A DNA stretch of 64,000 nt from Octopus vulgaris (lineage: Eukaryota), in NCBI GenBank assembly GCA_951406725.2, contig OX597825.1:47306001-47370000 (forward strand), in the 5' to 3' direction. A program made the position numbers and the translations under genes. A model generated the notes under the pieces. That model was not told the origin of the DNA, did no database searches, and saw only the letters and a program-made list of their open reading frames with translations. Positions 1-10,744 of this stretch are shown piece by piece; the stretch's first letter is position 1; each line of letters starts with the position of its first letter.

Positions 1-2059
1 ACAAAGTGAGATAGAGGTTGTGAGTGTAACCCTCTATGGGATAACATATATCCAATATACTGCCAGTAAAGTTAATACATAAATACTAAGAATTGCAATG
101 CAATTAATTCATTTATTGTATTATATGGGCGAAGGTAAAATGTTTTACCTAAAATTCATAAAACAAAATAGAAAATGGAGGAATAGACTTTAATCAATCA
201 TCAACTACCAGATAATAGCCATTCACCATCAATATTAAACACAATAATACAGAACAAAACAGTACACGTCAATGAGTAATATGATACCATAAGTACAATA
301 CTTATAAATAAATATAAATAAATATAAATAAAAATATAAACTAGATCTTACAGTTGTTTCAGCCATGTAGATAGGAGTATCTCATTATGCTCATATTAGC
401 CTGGTGTGTTAAGGTAATATGTGATTATAAATGAGATACTTACATATATATCCCAAGGCCTCTTCAGAGATTATAAAGTACAATTCAAATATGAATATAA
501 GAGAAGGTACACATATACAAGAATAAGTACATATACATAATATACACATACACATAAGTGTATATACACATGCACCTACATATATATAAGTATATACATA
601 ATAATATACATACATATAAGGTTACAGTTAGTCAGATCAATATATTATAATATACACACATACACATGAAAATGTACATATACAAAGTCCAGGGTTCATT
701 GTATTAAGTTACAAAAGGCTATTAATATTATTATTATTATCATTAATAATAATACCAGTAAAAGAATATGTGCATTCCGCCATTCACAGTACATATTAGA
801 TGGAAAATATCACATAGAATACAGCAACAGCATAATATAATAATATAATAACATATTAATATAATACAATACAATACATTATAGCTCAACAAACACATAT
901 ATAATGAAAAACTATTCTTTTACATCATAGAAAAAACCAAAAGTGTGCATGCGTATACATACATACAAATCAGAGTTTGGACGGTGATTGATATTTATTA
1001 GCAGGTTTGCAAAAAATTTAAGCCTTAAAGCTCAATACGATTGGCAGGCACATTTGAATTTCAATAGTCTTATTTACACTTACATACATACACATGTATA
1101 TGCGCGCATACACATTCACACATAGATAAACCTAAGCGCAGGAAATATAAGTTTACATACACAGAGACATGCGTACATACATAACTGCATGCGTATATAT
1201 CCATATATACATATATATAAACAAATACATATGCCCAAAAGCAACCACGCACACATATATGTATATATATACATACACATACGTACTGTTAACTAAAATA
1301 ATATTAAGAATCATTAAAGTTAAGATAATACTAATTGTTAATACATCGAAAAAGGTTGTAATGTACAAAAAGAGGGGCCTAAAAGGGTAGAAAACGCAAG
1401 GATTAATATTAGGCAAAGGTTGGAAAATATTCAGATATAGTTTACAAGAGGGATATAAACTCAACATACACATTTGCAATGACTAGGGTAAAGAAAAAGT
1501 ACGTTATTTGCGAAAGATACATAATTAAAATTTACACCGATTATACCATAAAAAACCAAAACACTAAGCATGATAGATATGGATTACGTAATTTTTGATG
1601 GGCTGTGTATCGTGATTGGGTATACATGGTTGTGGTGGTAAATAGCTCCGGTTTTTTATTTGGTAGCTTTATTTGTTTTGTATATGGATGTGTGGTTTGC
1701 TAGGATAGGGTTTATACAGAATTGTAGTTGGAGCAAGCTCATACTTATAAGTGTTGATATCTGGACGGTTTCGTATTGTTTTGGTTTTTTATGGTATAAT
1801 CGGTGTAAATTTTAATTATGTATCTACATGGCTGAAACAGCTGTAAGATCTAGTTTATATTTTTATTTATATTTATTTATATTTATTTATAAGTATTGTA
1901 CTTATGGTATCATATTACTCATTGATGTGTACTGTTTTGTTCTGTATTATTGTGTTTAATCTTGATGTTCCTATGTAGATGGTTAATAAATTATGTGAAT
2001 GGGTATTATCTGGTAGTTGATGATTGATTAAAGTGTATTCCTCCATTTTCTTATTTTGT
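1..2059 (-). mobile_element. PLE terminus with inverted partial pseudo-LTR copy
   Basis: 163-373 is the reverse complement of 1821-2059, and 1515-1563 of 1777-1825. HHR on - strand. Abuts (TA)n. Confidence 0.7.
345..471 (-). ncRNA. Type I hammerhead ribozyme with ~100-nt helix II
   Basis: Minus strand: ATCT-CTGAAGA-[GGCC...AGTATCTCATT/AATGAGATACT...GGCT]-GAAA-CAACTG-TA-AGAT. The inverted copy near 1830 has the palindromic helix III GAAACAGCTGTA. Confidence 0.7.
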
Positions 2060-2080
2060 ATATATATATATATGTATATA

Positions 2081-2162
<82 letters not shown>

Positions 2163-2177
2163 CATATATACATATAT

Positions 2178-2335
2178 ACGACGGACTTCTTTCAGTTTCC
2201 GTTTACCAAATCCACTCACAAGGCTTTGGTCGGCCTGAGGCTATAGTAGAAGACACTTGCCCAAGGTGTCACGCACTAGGACTGAACCCGAACCATGTGG
2301 TTTGTTAGCAAGCTACTTACCACACAGCCACTCTT
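2178..2335 (-). mobile_element. tRNA-derived CORE-type SINE (octopus OR2-like)
   Basis: Box A/B-like head and CORE-like 'accttgggcaagtgtcttct'. Homologous copies at 8697, 13673, 13783 and 26503. Confidence 0.75.
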
Positions 2336-2451
2336 ACTCCTATATACTTTATGCACAAACATTTTATATTAAAAAAATATTACTTTTCACTATGCACTCA
2401 CCATCACCGCCGCTTCACCACCACCACCACCCCGAACTCCATAATTGACCA

Positions 2452-2523
2452 CGGGCATATGGCGTAGTGGTTAAGAGCGCGGGCTACTAACCCCAAGATT
2501 CCGAGTTCGATTCGAGGCAGTGA

Positions 2524-2530
<7 letters not shown>
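2452..2530 (+). mobile_element. Short tRNA-derived SINE or tRNA pseudogene with (AAT)n tail
   Basis: TGGCGTAGTGG (box A) and GAGTTCGATTC (box B). Poor acceptor stem; runs directly into (AAT)n. Confidence 0.65.
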
Positions 2531-2604
<74 letters not shown>

Positions 2605-2612
2605 CAATGATA

Positions 2613-2665
<53 letters not shown>

Positions 2666-2747
2666 ACCAAGAACAACAACAACAACGACGACAACGACGA
2701 CGACAACAACGACGACGACAACGACAACAACAACAACAACAACAACA
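2528..2747. repeat. Compound trinucleotide microsatellite (AAT)n(GAT)n(CAA/CGA)n
   Basis: Seen directly. Confidence 0.95.
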
Positions 2748-3275
2748 GTACCAGACAGTGGCTCTCATGGCTTCTGATCTTAACTGATTGGAAGTGTTAT
2801 CTTGTACATTGTTTGTCTTGGTATAAAAGATGGGCTACAGCAAATATTGTGCTCAATACCACAGATTTGCTTGTCAGTTGCTTGACTTTAACCAGTTGAG
2901 CATGTCCCTTAGTGGCTGACGATATGTGCTTCTCTGACCACGAGCAGAAGTAGTGGGGGAGCATCATAGCCGTGTGTTGAAAGCAATTCTTAGAGGTTTG
3001 AAATATTCACCTTTGGAAACGTGGGTATTTCGTTCAATATCCTTAAACAATCCTTATTCAGGTACCTTTTGAGCAGGCTGGGTTACTCGACCAGATGAAA
3101 ATTCTAACTGGACCCCACCTGCAAGGCCATGCGCTGTTTTATCTTGATATGAGATCACATGGTTGCGTGCATGTGCGTGGTGTACCCTTATCAGACAGGT
3201 AGTCATGATGGGTATACTGAGCTTCGTATATTTTACCCCAGTGTCACTTTGATGGCATTCACTGCTCTCTCACTC

Positions 3276-3277
<2 letters not shown>
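2748..3277 (+). mobile_element. Non-coding retroposon or LINE 3' UTR ending in (AAT)n
   Basis: Its 3' part matches 40122-40345 (reverse complement). Both end 'gctctctcactc' followed by (AAT)n. Confidence 0.65.
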
Positions 3278-3348
<71 letters not shown>

Positions 3349-3427
3349 GGAAGAAGAAGAAGAAGAAGAAGAAGAAGAAGAAGAAGAAGAAGAAGAAGAA
3401 GAAGAGAAGAAGAAGAAGAAGAAGAAT

Positions 3428-5111
3428 CTCTAATATCTACGACTACTGCATGAATACTTATCCTTTCCTCTCTCCCTGAGTATTCGAAAACGCACCGGTC
3501 ATCTCTAGGGGAGCAAGAAGGGAATACACTAAACAGGCTTAGAAAATATCTAATCAGCACGCTTGCCTTCATGGTATTGAAAATCATCATAGAGACCAAC
3601 CTCACAATCCTTGACTTAGACGTCACGCTCGAGTTCGGCTCCGGTACATATAGCCCCACCCCCGCAAACCAAACAAGAGGCTAACATACATAAACACAGC
3701 CTCCTAACACCTATCCACATCTCCTACACGCCAGAACCCCCAAACTGCAAATGGAAGCGCCGCAGAAATGCCATGTGGTTTGCTTCCCTTTCCCTCTTAA
3801 CACACAAACGCCTGTAGGTAGAATATTTCTTAAATTTATAGATAAGTATTTCACTAGCTCCCATAGGTACGGGCCCATTTTCAACAGGCACAACCTTAGA
3901 GCTTCGTTTAGCTGTGCCCCCAATATTAAGAGCATCATAGTTAGGACCCCTAAGCCACAGGAAGAGACGGGATGTTCATGCAGGGACTGCAACAGATGCC
4001 CGGTAGGAGGCCACTGCAAAACTAAAAGGGTCGTCTTTGAAGCTGAAGTACTAGCAAACCCTAGTAATACCACCGGTAGAAGCCATAGCAGCCGTATGAA
4101 AAGAACCAGCAACACTTCCACCGTCGTCACAGTTGACAACATTAGCAATAATAGCAATAACAGCACCAACAACAACATTAGCTGTTCTCTCGATGGCAAC
4201 ATCACCACCAACAACAACAGCATCCCCATCAATACCAGCATTACCAACAGCTTCTTTAGAGTCTACAGTAGCAAACCTGACAACCCCTATAGCAGCAGCA
4301 ACACGCCCACTGCCACCACCAGCTATTACAGCAGTGACAGTGGCCCTAACAAAATCGCCAGCGGAACCTCAGCAAATGACACCTCTAGCGGCAATAGCAG
4401 CTCTCCCAACAATGAAGAGGATCACAAAAACAGCAACTGTGCCTCCACCATGACCGGCAGTGGCGATACCATTACCAACGCCACCACCACCACCTCCAGG
4501 AACAGCACCAGCAGTCGCAGCTCCAACAATATCAATGTCGGCGGCAGCAGCAACAATAACACCAGCGGGTACAGCGCCTACTGCGCCCGCCTACGGAGAT
4601 ACATTGGATGTTCTGGGGACTCTTTCAAGTAACCACAGGTCTCACCAACCACATGTCCTTCTTCAGAGTTCTGGATAGAAGGTACGTAACATCACTGGCC
4701 ATCACGACTCGCAACCAAGAGGCGATGAGATTCCATACTCGATCTCATGGAAAATCCTCGAGAACCCAGGCCTCAACATCAACGAGATGAAACGTTGCAA
4801 GTTATGCACAGCTGAACGCCCGAGTATCCTAAAAGACTCACTCGAACCAGGGAATATCCTTAATTTCAGAACGGAGATTTTCGGGTTATGTTTACACTTC
4901 AGGAGGTTCCTGCTAGCCTTCTGGAGCCCGCAAGATGACAGCACAGCCAGAAGTCGATAGCCATTAGCAAAAGGAAATAATTATCAATTGCTACCTTTTA
5001 TATTTTTAAGAGGTCATGAGCCAACCAGTTCTTGGGATCTGACGATACGCCATAAAGCTAAACGCTTTATGGACGGGAAGCCTAAGGTAATCCCATAAAC
5101 CGGCCTTCCAC
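3428..5111 (+). mobile_element. 5'-truncated PLE (Nematis/Neptune-type): RT thumb, Cys linker, GIY-YIG endonuclease, HHR
   Basis: IETNLTILD..DVTL thumb; CSCRDCNRCPVGGHC linker; VVFEAEV...RYIGCSGDSFK; downstream NHMSFFR and CKLC motifs with frameshifts; 3' HHR. Confidence 0.85.
5033..5095 (+). ncRNA. Type I hammerhead ribozyme (PLE 3' end; GAAA mutated to GAAG)
   Basis: TGGGAT-CTGACGA-[CCATAAAGC taaac GCTTTATGG]-GAAG-CCT a AGG-TA-ATCCCA. Confidence 0.75.
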
Positions 5112-5114
5112 ATG

Positions 5115-5304
<190 letters not shown>

Positions 5305-5409
5305 TAGGTATCAGTTAGAGGGGTTTAATAGTCACCCCGCTCGCTCTAATTAGCCAACAAAACTAACCGGTCTATCACAATAAAACTTCTACCCAGCGAA
5401 ATTACCAGC

Positions 5410-6712
5410 GTTGGAGGAAGGGTCCGGTGAAAATGCTAGGGGTTTGGTTCGGTTCAGACCTTCAGATAGAGGAGAATTAGATCGAGGTAACAAACAGGTG
5501 ACCTTCCTAACTCAGACCTGGTCCGAGCGGTGGTTATCTCTGAAAGGGAGGACGGAGGTGGAAAATGTGTTTATCGCATTTGTGATCACCTACCGCCTAA
5601 CCGTCGTACCTTGCCCAGATTCGTGGCTGATCAAGTTGGAACGACTGCTCTTCCACATTTTGGGTGTGTGTGTGGGGTGGGGGGTGCAGAGAATCTCATG
5701 TAAAGCGCTCTATCTGCCAACACCCGCTAAAAGGTGGGAAAAGGATGCCCTTGCTATTGATGCGCAGGTATGCGCTGAGGCTGAGGCATCTTTGGCTTTA
5801 CCTGGATAGTAAACGTGTGTGGTCTTCGTTCGTCAAATCGATACGCGGGGGTTCCACGTCGTCATTCTATAGAGGATTGGACGAGGATACGTACGATGAC
5901 GACTTGGAGGAAAACTTTAGGCTTCGACGATAGTTAACTTGCCGGCCTGTTCCAAAGACATTCGGGCCGATGCCTTTGGATAATTTCCTAGTTTCTGGCT
6001 TGGCAATGTTACCGAGGAGTCTTACTACTTCGTGATAAACTCACAAGGCATGATCATTCTTGCACGCCCACTTGTCCAGAATGCGAGCAGGACAGTGGAA
6101 CTGTTCGGCACGTGATTGTGCAATGTCCGAAAATTTCGGAAATGTGGGTTTACGTTGAACAGCAGCTGTCACACATCTAGTAAGAGTTCAACTGCCTTCC
6201 GAGTCAATTATAAAGATTGTTCGACCTTCCTCCTTGAATAAAGAAGGTTTGTTTCCTCGTTGTGGTCGCTATAGCGAAAAAGGCAGTGTGAAAGACTCGA
6301 ATGAAAGGAGTGGCGACTGGCAGCTTCATCTCCAGCCCTGGATTGCTGAAATTCTTTGTTTTCCATCTTAGAAGGAAAAAAGGAAAATAAGGCTGGAGAG
6401 GAGATGTCTGTTGCCCGATATATATGGCAAAAGATGGAAGTTTGTAGCGCGCATGTTGAGAATGAGTGAGCCTGCATGTATGTATATCATAAAGGTAACT
6501 AAATGTTTCAGTAGAATGGGGCTTGTGGGGTCGAAGTCGAACCCGTCCCTCACTTCATTTTGTCGTTTTTTGTATTGTGCAGTCATTCGAGCATATTCCC
6601 ATAGATTTTTTATGTAACTGTCATCTTTTGTGTTGTATCCTCCATCGTCCTCACCACTCCAATAATTTGTGTTGTCCCTTCTATGTTGGCCCCTTTTAGG
6701 CAATAAAGAATT
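5410..6712 (+). mobile_element. Decayed Tx1-clade LINE 3' part
   Basis: WSERWLSLKGRTEV..YRLTVVPCPD and RSICQHPLKGG..LMRRYALRLRHL are homologous to 49525-50709. Frameshifted. Confidence 0.85.
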
Positions 6713-7459
6713 CGATTGACAACTAGAAATTCTGGGCGTTTTGTCATTTCTGACAGTGCTGGACCGCTGAACTGTAAGTTGTATTTGTTATTGTTGAAAC
6801 ATTGTTGGAGAAACTTTGTTGTTGCCGCTTGATACAGTTTTTGTAATTGATTCCCCTTTGCTTGAAGGGGGAATTATTAATATTTTTGTGTGGCGTTTTT
6901 TCCCACCTTTTGTGTAAATGGAGCCATGATTTTGGAAATGCTACCAGTACAACAAACGAAGTCTTACCAGATATGCAAACAGAGGACACTTTTCTAGACA
7001 AACCGGATGTAAATTAAAAAAAAACACCAACTTTGCTGCGGCCGCTGGTGAGGCCAGGAAAATATCAAATGTGAGCAAGAACAACTACAAAAGTGCAAAG
7101 CAATGCTACAAATGGAGGGGCAGAAAATAAAAGTTACCCCACCCAGTGAATCAGTCACAGCACGTTGCATAACACTGTAATCCAAAAGAGTGCACATTGC
7201 ATCAAAAGAAGCAGTAGGGAAACATTTAAGTCCCGTTTGGCCTACATGGTGTATAAGACTCATGTTACAAGTATAGGCAAAAAAGAAAAAAAAGAACCCA
7301 CCACATTAGATCCGACTTCTAGACCCCCTCCCACGTAGAAAGAATCAATGTCCCCACCTCCCGAGAGAACACCAGCTTCGCCAGAGCCAACAGAAGCCTT
7401 CCTGGAAGTGGAAGCAGCAGAGGAGGAGGAGACGATATATACATACATACATACATACA

Positions 7460-7549
<90 letters not shown>

Positions 7550-7552
<3 letters not shown>

Positions 7553-7842
7553 AGGCAGTGGTTAGGGCAGCGGACTCACGGTCGCAGGATCGCGGTTTCG
7601 ATTCCCAGACCAGGCGTTGTGAGTATTTATTGAGCGAAAACACATAAAGCTCCACGGGTCTCCGGCAGAGGGTGGTCGCGATCCCTGCTGTACTCTTTCG
7701 CCACAACTTTCTCTCTTTCTTCTGTTGGCCTCCTCGCTTAGCCAGCAGGATAGCGTCATTTGAAGGCTAAAACAATGCAAAGCGCATTGTGACCAGTGAT
7801 GTGTAGCAATATCTGATAGCCTGGTCGGTCACGGTGATCACG

Positions 7843-7848
<6 letters not shown>
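7550..7848 (+). mobile_element. tRNA-derived SINE (second family)
   Basis: tRNA-like head 'cagtggttagggcagcggactc...ggtttcgattccc'. Homologous to 51568-51865 (-). Confidence 0.8.
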
Positions 7849-7879
<31 letters not shown>

Positions 7880-7892
7880 GTGTGGGTGGGGT

Positions 7893-8070
7893 ATAGGGAG
7901 AATTCACAAAATAACCCAAAAGACAAAGACAGGTGTTGTAGAAAAACAAACAGATGTATAAGTATAACGCTAGGGAATTGAAAAAGTCTTTAACGTTTCG
8001 AGCCTATGCTCTTCCACAGAAAGGAACACCGATAGAAAGAAGGAGGGAAAAAAATGTGTGTTGTGGCTAG
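7893..8070 (-). mobile_element. PLE pseudo-LTR fragment with variant HHR (7988-8023)
   Basis: Reverse-complement homolog of 10213-10400, 10645-10795 and 56718-56892. Confidence 0.75.
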
Positions 8071-8251
8071 CGATCTATCTATATTACTATATTACACCAC
8101 GCATCCATTTCCAAGTCAGTTTATCCTTATTTTTTTTATGCGTTAAAACTCTATACTGTTTTCTCTCTCATTCTCTCCCATCCTTTCTCTAATTCACTTT
8201 TTTCCTCACCTTTTCTATCTGACTTTCTTTCTCTCTGTCCCTCTTTCTGTT

Positions 8252-8303
<52 letters not shown>

Positions 8304-8546
8304 TGCTCACTTCGCTTTTTTACCCAGGTTCTGGTCTAACGACCCTCCATGTTTGTTTTCGTTCAGTTTCCTTGTGTGTCTACACTGTTCACAACTTTGA
8401 CTCTCCATATGTCGAAGACTCATATTGTTGTTCAATGCTCGAAATGATGAGTAGATAGACAGCCGATAACTGACGAAGGATCGTTCTTTATGTTACTTAT
8501 CCTCATTTCCATTTGTTTCTCTCGTTCTCTGCGTATTGAACTCATT

Positions 8547-8609
<63 letters not shown>

Positions 8610-8613
8610 GCAT

Positions 8614-8648
<35 letters not shown>

Positions 8649-8696
8649 TACACACATATATATATGCATATATATATCGTCTGTAGTTTCTCAGTT

Positions 8697-8835
8697 ACGA
8701 CGGACTTCTTTCAGTTTCTCTATACCAAATCCACTCACAAAGCTTTGGTCGCCTCGAGGCTATAGTAGAAGACAGTTGCTGAAGGTGCCACGCAGTGGGA
8801 CTGAAGCCTACACCATTTGGTTGGGAAAAAGCTTC
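8697..8835 (-). mobile_element. CORE-type SINE
   Basis: Homologous to 2178-2335. Confidence 0.7.
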
Positions 8836-10271
8836 TTTATTTCATTTAATTTGCCACAAGGGCAGTACATAGAGAGAAGCTTGTGGGCTGGACATGGACA
8901 AGATGAGATGGAATGAAACAAAATGATACGGATGAAAGGGATGTCGGCGCCCACCGACCGACAAACCCTCGAATACAAAGTTTCTTACAACAATACAAGG
9001 TTTTTTACAAAAATTATTTTTGTTAGGTCCCTCAAGCAATGTGACTTGCCGCCTGCAGACAACTCTGCATCGACAAGCCGGGGCCTGCAAAGAGGAAAGC
9101 AAATTCGCTGTGACCTTTGACAAAATTCTTTCAGTTACTACCTCCGTAGCCACCTGCGGAGGCCATATCGGACTACTTGGGCAGACCGAGTACACACATT
9201 CTCGGTCACCCAAGCCCTCCAAAAATTTACTCACCGTCCCTCCCTAGCGGTAAAGGAGGAGAAACACCTCCTCTTCACAAGAAGGGACCTCACACTGTTC
9301 CGTCAGGGGCACACGTCCCACTGACGGAGCCCTATCCGCAGGTGGCACACATCCCACCTGCGGCTCCGTCGGCGGCCCAGGAACATCCGCCGACCGTCCT
9401 TTGCTTTTCGTTTTCCTCTTTCTTTTTGAGGCTGCGGGAGCAGGGGGCTGCGTGGACAGACGCGGAGGGTCACAACCTTCCTCCGCCGCCTGAACATTCT
9501 TTGGTGAGCAACCATTATTGCTCACCTCTCTTTTTCTTTTCGTGGAGGCACTTGCCCTTACCTCTCCAACACCACCCTCCTCACTGGCACCCATCATCGA
9601 CCCTATCTTACTCTCTTTCTCTCTTTCTCTCCCCTCCTTCCCTCTTCCCTCTTACTCTCTTCCTCTCTTCTCTCTTTCTCCCTTCTCTCTTCTCTCTTAC
9701 TCTCTTTCTCTCTCCTCTCTTATTCTCTTTCTCTCTTCTCTCCTACTCTTTCCCCACTCTCTCTCTTTCTCTCTTCCTCTCTTCTCTCTTCTCTCTTACT
9801 CTCTTTCTCTCTTCTCTCCTCCTCTCTCTCCTCACATACCCACCTTCCCCTCCCCCAGGAACCCACCCACCCCTACACATCCCTACTCCACCTTTCCTAT
9901 CCTTCCCATCCCCTATCCTATATCCCACCTCCCACACATACCCCACCTCTATCCCAACCCTCTGCCTACCCACAAACCCCAACAACATCACACCACACCA
10001 CACTACATCATACAACATTACACATCACATCACAACACACCACCACACACCCATCCCCACATCTTCACACACATACACACACACGGCCCTCTTTCACACG
10101 TACATACATACTCTCTTATACAAACACGCACCTTTGTGTTGGGGGTCATCTTTACCTTGTTATCTCCCCTACTTTCCTTCCTGTATTTGACTCTTCTGTC
10201 CGGCACTAGTCGCCATGATAGATCGTTAGCCACTACACACATTTTTTTCTCTCCTTGTTTTTTCTGTGCCC

Positions 10272-10307
10272 CTTTCAGTAGAGGAGCGTAGGCCCGAAAC
10301 GTAAAAG
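10272..10307 (+). ncRNA. Minimal variant hammerhead motif
   Basis: CTTT-CAGTAGAG-GAGC gtag GCCC-GAAAC-GTA-AAAG (degenerate copy). Confidence 0.5.
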
Positions 10308-10708
10308 ACTTTTTCTATTCCTGAGCGTTATACTAATACATCTGTTTGTTTTGTACACCACCTGTCTTCGTCTTTTGTTTTTTTCGTAAACTCTCCCTAT
10401 ATATATATATCACACCACACGCCACCATACCACACCACACCACATCACACCACCCCGCGCACACTAGCACTGACCACTTCCCACACCTACATATGTACAT
10501 ACGCACACGTCAATGTCACCAGCCCCTTCCACACGCATGCACACGCACATACATGCTCTCACATACACACACACGCGCACCTTCGTTTTGGGATCACCAC
10601 TACTTTATTATTTCCCACCTGAGTGACTCCTCTGTCCGGCATTCGCCATGATAGATTCTTAGCCACTATGCCTTTTTCTATTTTCCTTCCCTGTTTATTT
10701 CTGTGTTC

Positions 10709-10744
10709 CTTTCTGTCGAAGAGCGTAAGCTCAAAACGTAAAAG
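10709..10744 (+). ncRNA. Minimal variant hammerhead motif
   Basis: CTTT-CTGTCGAA-GAGC gtaa GCTC-AAAAC-GTA-AAAG. Confidence 0.5.

Noticed and set aside
2452-2530. Possible functional tRNA gene
   Set aside because: The acceptor stem does not pair well and it runs into an (AAT)n tail; better explained as a SINE or pseudogene.
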